From: an uncultured delta proteobacterium
GTDB lineage: Bacteria > Myxococcota_A > UBA9160 > SMWR01
DNA length: 64,000 nucleotides
Direction: 5' to 3'
Assembly: GCA_963832165.1 (NCBI GenBank)
Contig: CAWHTE010000002.1
Location: 192,001 to 256,000 of the forward strand
The position numbers and the translations under genes are program-made. Within the stretch, counting starts at the first letter, position 1. Every line of letters begins with the position of its first letter. The notes beneath the pieces were generated by a model. It made no database searches. It saw nothing but the letters and a program-made list of their open reading frames with translations, and was not told where the DNA came from. Of the stretch, positions 50,813 to 61,698 are shown piece by piece.

Positions 50813-51541
50813 ATGAGGCGCCTCGTCCTCGCGGCCATTTCCGTCGGAATCGCGATCCTGGTCGCGGCGGGTGCCTACCTCGTGTGGTCGCTCGACGCGC
50901 GCGTCGCCCGCGCAATCGAAGCGCACGGCACGCGGATCGTCGGGACGAAGGTGCACGTCGATTCGGTCGACCTCGACCTCCGCGCGGGCCGCGGGACGAT
51001 TCACGGCGTGCGCGTCGCGAATCCGGACGGCTACTCCTCGGGCGATGCGATCTCGCTCGTCGCGATCGAGCTGGCGATCGACGCGAGCTCGATCGGCTCG
51101 CAGCCGCTCCGCGTCACGCGTGTTCGCGTCGGCGATTCCGTGGTGAACTTCGAGCTCCGCGCCGACGGCGGATCGAATATCGAGCACATCAGGCGCCACA
51201 TCTCGGGCGAGTCCGCAGGTGCGACCGAAGAGCCGGCGCCGCCCGTCGATCCGCAGCGCTTCGCGATCGGCGATTTTGCGTTCGCGGGGGGCGAGATCTT
51301 TCTCGTGCGGCCCGGCGTCGAGGTTCCCGAACGCGTTCACATGCCCGGCCTCGAGATGCGCGACGTCGGAGGCGGCGACGGCGCCACGGGCGGAGAGGTC
51401 GGCAAACAGATCGCGCGCGCATTCACGCGGCGCGTGGTCGCGGCCACCGCGGGTCACCAGCTCGGCCGCGCCGTCGAGAAGGAGCTCGGCGAGACCGCGG
51501 GAGAAGCCGCCGAATCGATCCTGCGCCAGGTGCTCGACTAG
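50813..51541 (+). CDS. Membrane-anchored AsmA/DUF748-like protein
   Basis: N-terminal TM, GTKVHV...VANPDGY...GGSNI. Confidence 0.65.
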   Translation: MRRLVLAAISVGIAILVAAGAYLVWSLDARVARAIEAHGTRIVGTKVHVDSVDLDLRAGRGTIHGVRVANPDGYSSGDAISLVAIELAIDASSIGSQPLRVTRVRVGDSVVNFELRADGGSNIEHIRRHISGESAGATEEPAPPVDPQRFAIGDFAFAGGEIFLVRPGVEVPERVHMPGLEMRDVGGGDGATGGEVGKQIARAFTRRVVAATAGHQLGRAVEKELGETAGEAAESILRQVLD

Positions 51542-51656
51542 CGCCGTTTGTACAAACGGCCCGAGCGCGTGTCGATTCGCGCGCCGCGTCGATCGCGCCG
51601 TCTTCGGATCGAAGCGGGCGCCGCCTCCGGAGCCGCGACCGAAGCCACCGTCGCGA

Positions 51657-51673
51657 TCGGCACATGCATTGCA
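51657..51673 (+). promoter_or_regulatory. Candidate sigma54 promoter
   Basis: TCGGCACATGCATTGCA, GG-N10-GC spacing. Confidence 0.55.
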
Positions 51674-51765
51674 CCTGCAATTCGCTGCGCAAAATACGCT
51701 CAGCGAGCGCAATGCGCACCGTGAGCGGCGGGTGAGCGGTTGCGCACCCCCGCATAGGAGGGTGC

Positions 51766-51984
51766 ATGATCAAGCTACGAAGCGTGATGGCAGTGGTGGC
51801 GGTGCTCAGTCTCGCGAGCGCGTCGTACGGTGTGGCTCCGGCTTTCAACGAGCTCGACAAGGACCGTGACGGCATGCTCACGAAGGCCGAGACGACCACG
51901 GTGAAGGGCCTCGATTTTGCGAAGGCCGACACCAACAAGGATGGTCGCCTCGATCGCGCCGAATACGAAGCGGCGGTCGGGTAG
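51766..51984 (+). CDS. Small secreted EF-hand protein
   Basis: Signal peptide; DKDRDGMLTKAE and DTNKDGRLDRAE; AGGAGG RBS. Confidence 0.88.
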   Translation: MIKLRSVMAVVAVLSLASASYGVAPAFNELDKDRDGMLTKAETTTVKGLDFAKADTNKDGRLDRAEYEAAVG

Positions 51985-52004
51985 ATCGAACCCGCGTGAA
52001 GGTG

Positions 52005-52048
52005 GCGTGCACCTGCCCGGGGCCGAATGGCTCCGGGCAGGTGCACGC
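52005..52048 (+). terminator. Long hairpin, probable terminator
   Basis: 20-bp stem GCGTGCACCTGCCCGGGGCC/GGCTCCGGGCAGGTGCACGC (one G-U pair), GAAT loop, followed by GTTT. Confidence 0.65.
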
Positions 52049-52082
52049 GTTTCGATCGCGCGGGCTCCTCTGGAGGTGAGGC

Positions 52083-52931
52083 ATGCACCGTGGCGGTCGA
52101 TTGATGTTATGCAGCGCCCTCGTGGTGATTGCGCTCGCGATGCAGAGACCCGCTGCCGGAGCGCGCACCCAGGTGTCGTTCGAGTTCTTCCACACGAATC
52201 TCCAGCCGTACGGGAGCTGGCACGTCTCCGCGAGCCTTGGACAGGTCTGGATTCCGCACGTTCACGTGAGCGGGTGGCATCCGTATGCGTACGGGCACTG
52301 GGTGTACAGCGACTTCGGTTGGACCTGGGTGTCGGATTACGCGTGGGGCGCGATTCCGTACCACTACGGCACCTGGGCGCTCGATCCGGAGTTCGGTTGG
52401 GTCTGGGTTCCGGGCTACGTGTGGGCGCCGGCCTGGGTCGTGTTCCGTACCGGTCCGAGCTACGTGGGCTGGGCTCCCGTGCCGCCGAGCTTCTCGATCG
52501 GCGCGTCGTTCTCGTTCGCCGACTACGGCCCCGATCATTTCGTGTTCGTGCGCGAGAGCGATTTCGTGGAGCCCGAGATCCATCGGCACGCGTTGCCAGC
52601 CCAGCGTTCGCGGGCGGTCTTCAGCGACACGACGGTCATCCACAACCTCCAGATCGAGAACGACGTCGTCGTCAATCGCGGCCTCGACGTGCATCAGGTC
52701 GAACGCCAGGCGCGGGCGCCGGTAGCGCGCGCGCCGATCGAACGGGTGCCGAAGGTGGCTCCGGTCGAAGGCGAAGGCGTGACGCGCGACGAGCTGCGCG
52801 TAGATCCGAAGGAGGTCGAGCAGGGCAAGGTGCGCGCAGCCGCGCCCGTCGAGGCGGAGCGCGCGCCGGCACCCGAGCCGCCGCGCGGGGAGAAGCAACG
52901 GCCGAACCTTCGGCGCGGGCCGATGGAATGA
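52083..52931 (+). CDS. DUF6600-like secreted protein
   Basis: LQPYGSW, WHPYAYGHW, GWTWVS, PYHYGTW, WVPGYVWAPAWV. Confidence 0.85.
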   Translation: MHRGGRLMLCSALVVIALAMQRPAAGARTQVSFEFFHTNLQPYGSWHVSASLGQVWIPHVHVSGWHPYAYGHWVYSDFGWTWVSDYAWGAIPYHYGTWALDPEFGWVWVPGYVWAPAWVVFRTGPSYVGWAPVPPSFSIGASFSFADYGPDHFVFVRESDFVEPEIHRHALPAQRSRAVFSDTTVIHNLQIENDVVVNRGLDVHQVERQARAPVARAPIERVPKVAPVEGEGVTRDELRVDPKEVEQGKVRAAAPVEAERAPAPEPPRGEKQRPNLRRGPME

Positions 52932-52952
52932 GGCAGTGGCTCCGAATCGGGA

Positions 52953-54758
52953 TCAGATCTCGTAGTAGAGCTTCTGCTGGTCGAGGCCGCCGTTGCGCCG
53001 CGGACACTGCCTGCAGCGCGAAGTGAGGATCTGGTACGCGTAACGGATCGCGAGCAGCGTGCTCGTCTGCCGTACCGGCTGCTCCAGGAACACGCGCTCA
53101 CCGAGCCGCCCGGAGAGGCCGGTCTTCTCCATCGTGCTCGCGAACTCGTGGCGCACCCCACACAAGAGAACGCGCACGCCGCGCTCCTTCATCCGATCGA
53201 GGAAGCTCTCGAGCAGCAACAGTCCCACCGCGTCGGGGCTGCGCGCGCGCTTCACGCGCAGCACGAGAACCTGCGTGGATGGCGTCATGCGCTTCTCGAT
53301 CTCTGCGAAGTGCTGCTCGAGCGCTGCGGTGGCGCCGAAGAACATCTCGCCTTCGAGACCAAAGATCAGCATGAGCTCGCACGGTACGTCCTCGGGTAAC
53401 CGCTCGTGGATGGCGCCCTCGTCGGTGAGCACGAACTCCGTGAGCAGCATGCGGCCCGCGCGCGGCACCGCGAGCAGGAACGACATCATCACACCGATCA
53501 GCACGCAGAACTCGATCGAGATGAACACCGCGGAGAACGCTGTCACGGCGACGATCGCCAGGTCGAAGCGGGTCGCGCGCAGGTGATAGTGGAGAGAGCG
53601 CCAATCCACCATCTTCCAGGCCGAGACCATCAGGATGCCGGCCAGCGCGGCGCGCGGAATGAAGCGCGCGAACGGCGCGAACGCGAGCATGATCATCGCC
53701 ACGGCGGCCGCCGACACGACGCCCGACCACTGCGTGACGGCACCGGCCTGCTGGTTGATGGCGGAGCGCGTGAGCGATCCAGACCCCGGCATGCACTGGA
53801 AGAAGCTCCCCGAGAAGTTCGCGAGGCCCTCGGAGAGGCACTGCTGGTTCATGTCGAGCTTCTGCTTCGTCACCGACGCGATCGCCTTCGCCATCGCGAT
53901 CGCCTCGAGCAGTCCGAGCAGGGCGATCGCGAGTGCGCCGCCCGCGAGGTCGCGCAGATCGGCGGGCGCGAGCGGTGGAAGCTCGAACCCGGGCAGCCGC
54001 GCAGGGATCTCACCCACCACTTTCACGCCGCGCGCGTCGAGGTCGAACGCGGAGACCAACGCGGCCATCAGCACCACGACGATCAGCAGCTCGGGGAGCA
54101 GGTACAGGCCGAGCCGGCGTTTCAGCGCGCGCAGCGCGATCACGAGCCCGATCGCGCCGAAGCCGATCGCGGCCGTCTCCGCGTGAATGCCGCCGCCTTG
54201 GAACAGCGTGTGCGCGAGCCGGTACAGGAAATGGTCGTGGATGTCGCCCATCGCCTGCATGCCGAACAGGTTCTTGAGCTGATCGAGCACGAGCAGCGTG
54301 CCAGCGCCCGCGGTGAAGCCCACGATCACCGAGTGCGAGATGTAGCGGGACAGGTCGCCGAGCCGGAGCAGCGTGATGCCGAGCTGGATGGCACCGACCA
54401 GGAACGCGAGCATCACCGCGGCTTGCGGCTTCTGCTCCGCGGGTACCGCGGCGATCACCGAGAGCACCGCGATCGAGATCGCATTGGTCGGGCCGTTGAT
54501 CAGCTGGCGCGAGGAGTCGAACAGGGCGCCGACCGCCGTCATCACGATCGCGGTGTAGAGGCCGTACTCCGCGGGCAGGCCGGCAACCATCGCGTATGCC
54601 ATCGCCTGCGGGACGGCGACCGCGGCCACCGTGAGCCCGGCAAGGGTATCGGCGCGCAGGTGCGAGCCCGAATAGCTCCGCAGCGAATCGAACGCGGGGA
54701 CGAACCGATAGAGCCGATCCCGAAACGGCGACGCGGATTCGCGGGAGATCGAGCTCAA
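52953..54758 (-). CDS. SulP family anion transporter with STAS domain
   Basis: VAVPQAMAYA, GLYTAI, GPT, GSLTRSAIN, GEMFFG. Confidence 0.93.
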   Translation of the reverse strand: MSSISRESASPFRDRLYRFVPAFDSLRSYSGSHLRADTLAGLTVAAVAVPQAMAYAMVAGLPAEYGLYTAIVMTAVGALFDSSRQLINGPTNAISIAVLSVIAAVPAEQKPQAAVMLAFLVGAIQLGITLLRLGDLSRYISHSVIVGFTAGAGTLLVLDQLKNLFGMQAMGDIHDHFLYRLAHTLFQGGGIHAETAAIGFGAIGLVIALRALKRRLGLYLLPELLIVVVLMAALVSAFDLDARGVKVVGEIPARLPGFELPPLAPADLRDLAGGALAIALLGLLEAIAMAKAIASVTKQKLDMNQQCLSEGLANFSGSFFQCMPGSGSLTRSAINQQAGAVTQWSGVVSAAAVAMIMLAFAPFARFIPRAALAGILMVSAWKMVDWRSLHYHLRATRFDLAIVAVTAFSAVFISIEFCVLIGVMMSFLLAVPRAGRMLLTEFVLTDEGAIHERLPEDVPCELMLIFGLEGEMFFGATAALEQHFAEIEKRMTPSTQVLVLRVKRARSPDAVGLLLLESFLDRMKERGVRVLLCGVRHEFASTMEKTGLSGRLGERVFLEQPVRQTSTLLAIRYAYQILTSRCRQCPRRNGGLDQQKLYYEI

Positions 54759-54865
54759 CGGCGCTCCAGAGCCGCGGGCTTCGTGTCCTGCGGCGCAGGA
54801 GGCGAAGACTATCGCGCCGCGCGCGCCCGCGCGGCTCGCCACGTTACACTGCCGCGCAACGCCTC

Positions 54866-56134
54866 ATGCGCCGTTCTCTCTCGCGCTTCGACGTCACCTG
54901 CCTCGGGCTCAATGCGATCGTCGGGTCGGGCATCTTCCTGTTGCCGGACGATCTCTACCGGGAGATGGGCGCGCTCTCGCCGCTCGCCTTCCTGCTGTGT
55001 GGGATCGGCCTCTTGCCCGTTGCGCTGTGCTACGCCGAGGCCGCGAGCTACAGCGAAGAGACGGGCGGCCCCTATCTCTACGCGCGCGACGCGTTCGGTC
55101 CCAGGGTCGGCTTCGCGGTCGTCTGGATGTGCTTCGTCAACGCGCTGTTCTCGTTTGCGGCCGTGGCGGCGGCCGCCGCGGCGTACGCGGCGCGCCTCTT
55201 GCCCTGGCTCGAGCCCGTGCTCGGCCCGCGCGAGATCGCCGTGGCCGTGATCGCGCTGTTCGCGGCGCTCAACTACGTCGGCGCCAAGCCCGGCGCAATC
55301 GCGGTGGACGCGTTCACGGTCGCGAAGTTCGCGGTGCTGATCGTGCTGGTGTGTGCGCTCGTGCCCGAGGCCTCGGGCGCGGAGCTCTCCGCAGAGTTGC
55401 CGCACGGATGGTCCGGTATCGGCTCTGCGACCTTCGTGGCGCTGTTTGCGGCGCAGGGATTCGAAGTCGTGCCCGTCCCGGCCGGCGAGACGCGCTCGCC
55501 GCGGCGCAATCTGCCTTTCGCGATCGTGAGCTCGCTGGTCGCCGCATCACTCTTGTACGTGATCGTGCAGGCGGTGCTCGTGGCTTCGGGCACGGATCTC
55601 AGTGAGCCCAGCGATACGCCGCTCGTCGCCGCGGCGCTTTCGGTCGCGCCCGCACTCGCATTGCTGGTCGTGGCGGGTGGCCTCGTGTCGACGCTGGGCT
55701 TCGTCTCGGGCAGCGCACTCGGGACGCCGCGTTATCTGTTCGCGGCGGCGGTCGACCGCCACCTGCCCGCGGTGTTCGGCGCGGTGCATCCGCGCTTCGC
55801 CACGCCGCACGTCGCGATCGCTGCGACTGCGGGGCTCGCGATCGCGCTCGTGGTCTCGTTCGACTACCGGTCGCTGATCGGCATCTCGAACGTGGCCGTC
55901 GCGGTTCAGTACCTCGCTACGTGTCTCGCGGTGCCGCGGCTGCGGCGGCGCGGAATCCCGGGCCGGCGCATCCCGGGCGGCCCGATCGTGCCGCTGATCG
56001 GCGCCGCCGTGAGCATGTGGGTATTCACCGAGGCCTCGCGCGCGGAGCTCGTGTGGGCCGCAGTTGCGCTCGCGATCGGGCTCGCGTTGCTCGCGTTGAA
56101 CGGCTGGCGCGCGTCAGCGGGTGCGGCGCGCTAG
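54866..56134 (+). CDS. APC family amino acid permease
   Basis: IVGSGIFLLP, TGGPYLYARDAFG, GFE, AGETRSPRR. Confidence 0.92.
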   Translation: MRRSLSRFDVTCLGLNAIVGSGIFLLPDDLYREMGALSPLAFLLCGIGLLPVALCYAEAASYSEETGGPYLYARDAFGPRVGFAVVWMCFVNALFSFAAVAAAAAAYAARLLPWLEPVLGPREIAVAVIALFAALNYVGAKPGAIAVDAFTVAKFAVLIVLVCALVPEASGAELSAELPHGWSGIGSATFVALFAAQGFEVVPVPAGETRSPRRNLPFAIVSSLVAASLLYVIVQAVLVASGTDLSEPSDTPLVAAALSVAPALALLVVAGGLVSTLGFVSGSALGTPRYLFAAAVDRHLPAVFGAVHPRFATPHVAIAATAGLAIALVVSFDYRSLIGISNVAVAVQYLATCLAVPRLRRRGIPGRRIPGGPIVPLIGAAVSMWVFTEASRAELVWAAVALAIGLALLALNGWRASAGAAR

Positions 56135-56629
56135 CGAGTCGATCCGGCTCCCGAGCACGCCCGGCATGTACTCGATCAGCTCGACGAGCGTGCGGTCGGG
56201 GTCTCGGCAGCACACGACCGCCTCGATGCCGGTCGGCGCGTCGGGCCCGCGCGGCGGCGTGACGAACTCGATCCCGCGCTGCCGCAGATCCTCGTAGGCC
56301 GCGCGCACGTTTTCGACCCGGATCGCGATGATGCGCGGTGCGGTCCGTGCGACCGGCGTGTCGGGGAAGGTCGCCTTGGGCTCGAGCCATTCGATCAGGT
56401 CGAGGCGCGTATGGAGCTCGCCGTCGCCGATCGCGAGCAGCGCACCGCGCCCCTGCGCGCGCTCGAGGCCGAACTGGGGCGCGAGGTAGTCGGGCCAGAT
56501 CACGTCGCGGTTGTCGCGCAGCAGCCGAAAGCCGATCGCCGTGTAGAAGTCGATCGAGCGCTCGATCGACGCGACCGAGAGCGTGAAGTGGAACAGCGAG
56601 AGCGGCTTCCAGGTGGTTTGCTCGTCCAA
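56114..56629 (-). CDS. VOC/glyoxalase family protein
   Basis: HFTLSVASIERSIDFY...RDPDRTLVELIE. Confidence 0.88.
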   Translation of the reverse strand: MDEQTTWKPLSLFHFTLSVASIERSIDFYTAIGFRLLRDNRDVIWPDYLAPQFGLERAQGRGALLAIGDGELHTRLDLIEWLEPKATFPDTPVARTAPRIIAIRVENVRAAYEDLRQRGIEFVTPPRGPDAPTGIEAVVCCRDPDRTLVELIEYMPGVLGSRIDSLARRTR

Positions 56630-56722
56630 CGATGCTCCGATTTGTCGTGTACAGACACCCTCGAGCCCGAGTAGCCTCATGGATCGGCACGGCCGCCGTC
56701 AAGCGCCGGCCGAGGAGGGTCG

Positions 56723-57922
56723 ATGGCGAAGCCGGGCCGGCTCGTGTTGGACGTGTTCTCGGAGCTTCAGCGCGCGCGGCGCGGCGACCCGGTCCGCGAA
56801 CGCCAGGTCTACTTCGACGCGATCGAGCAGGCGCGGCTCGCCGATCAGCTCGGCTACGGCTGCTGGTGGACGGTCGAGCACCACGGCGCCACCGAGTTCA
56901 GCTACAGCTCGATTCCGGAGCTCATGCTCACCGTGCTCGCGCGCGAGACGGAGCGCATCCACCTCGGTCACTCGGGTGTGTTGGCGCCGTTCCGGATCAA
57001 CCACCCGATCCGCGTCGCCGAGCGCGCGGCGTTCACGGACGTGATCTCGAACGGGCGCATGGAGCTGGGCCTCGCGCGCTCGGGCGGAACCGAGTGGGAT
57101 GCGTTCGGCGTCGACCCCGACCGCTCGCGCGCGGAGCTGCGTGAAGCGCTGACCGTGGTCCCGCGCATGTGGACGCAGGACACCTTCGAGTGGAAGAGCG
57201 ATCTGCTCGTGATCCCCGAGCGCGCCGTGCTGCCGAAGCCCGTGCAGGTGCCGCACCCGCCGCTGTGGCAGACGTGCACGAGCGCCGAGTCGTTCCGGAT
57301 GGCCGGCGAGCTCGGCGTGGGCGTGCTCGCCACCACGCTGTTCACGCCGCTCGCGAGTCTCTCCACGCTGTTCGCCGAGTACCGCAAGGGACTCGCGGCT
57401 TGCAGCTCGCCGGTGGGGAAGTTCACGAACGAACAGATCTCGGTGTTCACGTTCATGCACTGCGCCGAGACGCGCGAGCAGGCGATCGCGAGCCGCGCGG
57501 CCGAGTCGGCGCTGTGGTTCCTGAACGCGGCGCCGAACGTCTTCCAGGTGCCGCGGAGCCTCTGGATCGACGCGATTCGCGGCGATCTCCAGAGCAGTGA
57601 CCCGCGCGTCTCGCGCAGCGTCGGTTCCGCGGAGATCACGGGCAAGATCGATCTCGACGACCCGAATCCCGTGATCCGGCTGCTCAACCGGCAGCTGCTC
57701 GGCGAGGAGATCGATCCGGTCGAGGCATTCGAGGTGCTCGAGCCGCTCGAGAGCGTCGTGATCGGCGACCTGGCGAGCTGCCGCAAGAAGATCGCGGGAT
57801 ACTCTGCGATCGGCGTCGATCGCCTGATGTGCCTGATGTCGTTCGGGCGCATCGCGCAAGAGGACGTGCTCGCGAGCCTGCGTCTCGCCGGCGAAGAATT
57901 GATCCCCGAGCTCGCGGGCTGA
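56723..57922 (+). CDS. LLM-class flavin-dependent oxidoreductase
   Basis: WTVEHH, HPIRVAERAA, PKPVQVPHPPLW. Confidence 0.92.
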   Translation: MAKPGRLVLDVFSELQRARRGDPVRERQVYFDAIEQARLADQLGYGCWWTVEHHGATEFSYSSIPELMLTVLARETERIHLGHSGVLAPFRINHPIRVAERAAFTDVISNGRMELGLARSGGTEWDAFGVDPDRSRAELREALTVVPRMWTQDTFEWKSDLLVIPERAVLPKPVQVPHPPLWQTCTSAESFRMAGELGVGVLATTLFTPLASLSTLFAEYRKGLAACSSPVGKFTNEQISVFTFMHCAETREQAIASRAAESALWFLNAAPNVFQVPRSLWIDAIRGDLQSSDPRVSRSVGSAEITGKIDLDDPNPVIRLLNRQLLGEEIDPVEAFEVLEPLESVVIGDLASCRKKIAGYSAIGVDRLMCLMSFGRIAQEDVLASLRLAGEELIPELAG

Positions 57923-57937
57923 TTCCGGAGGTTCGCT

Positions 57938-58873
57938 GTGTCCGACGAAATCACGGCTGATTGGTGTCTCGAGACCTTCGAGTCGGTGAAGAATTGGGGC
58001 CGCTGGGGGCCCGACGACCAGATGGGCGCACTGAACTACATCACGCCCGAGCGGCGCGCACGCGCCGCGCGCACGGTGCGCGATGGCGTGACGGTGAGCT
58101 GCTCGCTCGATTTTCCGGTGGTCCCGTCGGTCGAGAATCCGGTGCCCGCGCGGCACCACATGCTCGTCGCGGGCGATGCGCTCGATGCCATGGGCGGCGA
58201 TCTCGAGGCGTCGCTCGACTACATCGGGATCTCGTTCCACGGCATGGCCACGTCGCACATCGACGCGCTGTGCCACGTATTCGTCGCGGAGACGATGTAC
58301 AACGGCTTCCCCGCGAGCGACGTGAAGAGCATCGGCGCGATGAGGAACGACATCATGGTCGCGCGCGACGGAATCACCTCGCGCGGCGTGTTGATCGACG
58401 TGCCGCGCCTCCAGGGCAAGAGCTGGCTCGAGCTCTCGGAGCGGATCCGGCCCGCCGATCTCGAGGCCGCCGAACGCGCGCAGGGCGTGCGCGTGGAGGA
58501 GGGCGACGTGCTGCTCGTGTCGACGGGCCGCGATGCGCGGCGCGCCGCACACGGACCCTGGAGCCCGAACGGGGAGGGCCTCGCGGGTCTGCACCCGACC
58601 TGCATTCCGTGGCTCCACGAGCGCCGGATCGCGGTGCTCGGCAGCGACGGGGTCTCGGATGCACTGCCGGGCCTCGCAGTTCCCAGCTGGTCGATCCCCG
58701 TGCACCAGTGCTGCCTCGTCGCGATGGGCGTGCACCTGCTCGACAACCTGGACCTCTCGCGCTTGTCCGCCGCGTGCGCGGAGCGCGAGCGCTGGGAGTT
58801 CCTGTTCGCGGTGGCGCCGCTGCGCGTGCGCGGCGGGACCGGCTCGCCCGTGAACCCGATCGCGATCTTCTGA
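57938..58873 (+). CDS. Cyclase family metallohydrolase (kynurenine formamidase-like)
   Basis: [33 protein letters not shown]. Confidence 0.9.
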   Translation: MSDEITADWCLETFESVKNWGRWGPDDQMGALNYITPERRARAARTVRDGVTVSCSLDFPVVPSVENPVPARHHMLVAGDALDAMGGDLEASLDYIGISFHGMATSHIDALCHVFVAETMYNGFPASDVKSIGAMRNDIMVARDGITSRGVLIDVPRLQGKSWLELSERIRPADLEAAERAQGVRVEEGDVLLVSTGRDARRAAHGPWSPNGEGLAGLHPTCIPWLHERRIAVLGSDGVSDALPGLAVPSWSIPVHQCCLVAMGVHLLDNLDLSRLSAACAERERWEFLFAVAPLRVRGGTGSPVNPIAIF

Positions 58874-58874
58874 C

Positions 58875-60797
58875 CTACAGCTCGACCTGTGCGCCGAGCT
58901 CGACGACGCGGTTGGGCGGCACGCGGAAGTAGGTGTTGGCGCTCTGCGCGTTGCGCGAGAGGTAGGCGAACAGCATCTCGCGCCAGCGTCCCATCCCCGA
59001 GCCGCCGGTCGGAGATCAGCTGCTCGCGGCCGAGGAAGTAGCTGACCTGCGTCGAGGTCGATCGGGAAGTGCGTCGGAGCGGACCTGCTGCGAGCAGCGC
59101 CGGCACGTTCGGCACCTCCATGAACCCGTAGCGCGCGACGACGCGGCAGAAGCCCTGGTCGAGCGCCTTCACGGTGACGCGATCGCCCTCGGTCACGTGA
59201 AGGGCACGTCCTCGGTGAGCAGCGTCAGCAGGATCGTTCGCTCGTGCACGACCTTGTTGTGCTTGATGTTGTGGAGCAGCGCGGGCGGCGTGCCGGCCGG
59301 ATCGCCGGTGAGGAACACCGCGGTGCCGGGCACGCGCGGAAGCGTCGACGTCTCTAGGTCGGGCAGGAACAGATCGAGCGGCAGCGAGGCCTCCTCGAGC
59401 CGCTCGCGCAGCACCTCGCGGCCGCGCTTCCAGGTGCTCATCAGCACGATACACGACTCCGCCGACCACGAGCGAGAACCAGCCGCCGTGGTGAGACTTG
59501 AGCAGGTTCGAGCCGAAGAACGCGAAGATCGATCGGAAGCAGCATCGCGAGACCGAGCGCGAACGCTGCGCCGACGCCAGCCCCAGCGCTGCTGCGCCAC
59601 CACGCACAGCAGCGACGGTCGTGAGCAGCGATGTCTGCAGGTCACCGCCATCCCATACGCCGCGGCAAGATTGCTCGACGAGCCGAAGCCGACCACCAGC
59701 CCGCACGCGGCGATCAGCGAGCATCCAGTTCACGGGCGCGACGTAGATCTGACCGCGCTCCTGGGCCGAGGTGTGGCTGATCGGGAGGCGCGGCGCGTAG
59801 CCGAGCTGGATCGCCTGGTGCGTGAGCGAGAACGCGCCCGAGATCACCGCCTGCGACGCGATCACGGTGGCCGCGGTCGCGAGCAGGACGAGCGGCCACA
59901 GCGCCCAGGCCGGTGCGAGCAGATAGAACGGGTTGTGCGCGGCCTCGGGATCGACCAGCAGCAGCGCTCCCTGGCCGAAGTAGTTGAGCACGAGTGCGGG
60001 CAAGGCGAGCGCGAACCAGCCCAGCCGGATCGGACGCGGACCGAAGTGGCCCATGTCGGCATAGAGCGCCTCGCCGCCCGTCACCACGAGGAACACCGCG
60101 GCGAGCACGGTGAAGCCATGGAAGCCGTTGTGCGCGAAGAAGCTCACCGCGTAGTGCGGCGAGATCGCTGCGAGCACCTGAGGATGATCCGCGATGCCGC
60201 GGATTCCCAGGAGCGCGATCACAGTGAACCACGCGATCACGATCGGGCCGAACAGCGTGCCGATGCGGCCCGTGCCGCGGCTCTGGACCGAGAACAGGCC
60301 GATCAGGATCGCAACGGTGATCGGGATCACGACCGGGCGCAGCGCGGGCGTAACCACCTCGAGGCCCTCGACCGCGGAGAGCACCGAGATCGCGGGCGTG
60401 AGCATGCCGTCGCCGTAGAGCAGCGCGGCGCCGAACAGCCCGAGCAGGCGCGAGCCAGGCGGTGTTGCTGCGGCGCGTAGCGCGGCACCGCGAGCGCCAC
60501 GAGCGCGAGAATGCCGCCCTCGCCGCGGTTGTCCGCGCGCAGCACGAACCCGAGGTACTTCACCGAGATGACGAGCACGAGCGACCAGAGCACGAGCGAG
60601 AGGATCCCGAGCACGTTCGCGGGCGTCACGGCCACCCCGTACTCGCCGTGGAAGCACTCGCGCAGCGCGTAGAGCGGGCTCGTGCCGATGTCGCCGTAGA
60701 CGACGCCGAGCGCGCCGAGCGAGAGCGCGGCGAGGCGCCGGCCGCGCGGCGCGTCGTTGACGCGCTCCTGGTCGGCGCCGCCGGCGGCTTCGCTCAC
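58875..60797 (-). pseudogene. kup: Potassium uptake protein Kup, multiply frameshifted (pseudogene or assembly errors)
   Basis: [20 protein letters not shown] / [32 protein letters not shown] / RVPGTAVF / ELGAQVEL spread across several frames. Confidence 0.85.
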
Positions 60798-61603
60798 CAG
60801 GCTCCTGCCGAGTCGACGTCTGCAGCCGGGCCCAGGTAGTGGTGGACGAGGCCGTGCAGGCCGTAGAGCAGCGGTGTGATCATCACGGCGACGCCGAACT
60901 TGAACCCGTAGCCGCTGAGCGAGGTGTTGAGGAAGTCGGCGAACGTGAACGGGACTTCGGAACGGCTGTAGCCGAGCCGCGAGGGCAGATAGAGCCCGAC
61001 GAAGCCGACCACGAACGTGTCGATCAGCTGGCTCACCACGGTGGACCCGGTGGCGCGCAGCCACAGATGTCGCCCACCCGTGCGGTGGCGGACCAGCCAG
61101 AACACGGATACGTCGACGAGCTGGGCGATCAGGAACGCCGTGATGGAGCCGACGATGATCCAGCGTGACTGCAGGAACACGCGCGAGAAAGAATCGTCGT
61201 CGATGGGCGAGAACGGTGCGGCATCGACGTACTGGGTGAGCCAGAGCATCACGAACGCGTAGCTGATCATCCCGGCCGCGAGCAGGCTGAGACGGCGCAC
61301 CCCGGCGCGCCCGAAGTATTCGTTCACCACGTCGGTCATGATGAACACGAACGGCCACAGCACGACGCCACAGCTCAGCGTGAACGCGTGCCAGGGCGTG
61401 AACACCTGGAACAGCTTTCCGCCGATCAGCTCTGCGAGCAGCGCGTTGCCCACGAAGAACGCGCCGAGCACCTGAAAGATCAGCTGCCGCCGCGCGGCCC
61501 ACTGCGGGCCGATCGAGTCCGTCACGAGCGGGAGGTTGCCAGCCTTCGGCCTGCCCGGCGACCCACCCGCGGATGTCGTCACGCGTTCGAAATCGGGGTG
61601 CAT
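60794..61603 (-). CDS. Queuosine precursor transporter (YhhQ/Vut_1 family)
   Basis: [39 protein letters not shown]; start uncertain. Confidence 0.88.
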   Translation of the reverse strand: MHPDFERVTTSAGGSPGRPKAGNLPLVTDSIGPQWAARRQLIFQVLGAFFVGNALLAELIGGKLFQVFTPWHAFTLSCGVVLWPFVFIMTDVVNEYFGRAGVRRLSLLAAGMISYAFVMLWLTQYVDAAPFSPIDDDSFSRVFLQSRWIIVGSITAFLIAQLVDVSVFWLVRHRTGGRHLWLRATGSTVVSQLIDTFVVGFVGLYLPSRLGYSRSEVPFTFADFLNTSLSGYGFKFGVAVMITPLLYGLHGLVHHYLGPAADVDSAGAW

Positions 61604-61698
61604 CGAGCAATTCCCCCTTGACGGAACGGCCGGACCGGACGATATAGCCGTGCGTCGGCTCCGATCGTGGGGACGGCGCCGCCTCGGAGTGGCCGCGA

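Noticed and set aside
61604..61698. preQ1 riboswitch upstream of the queuosine transporter
   Set aside because: No recognisable aptamer or A-rich tail; an Rfam scan would be needed to exclude it fully
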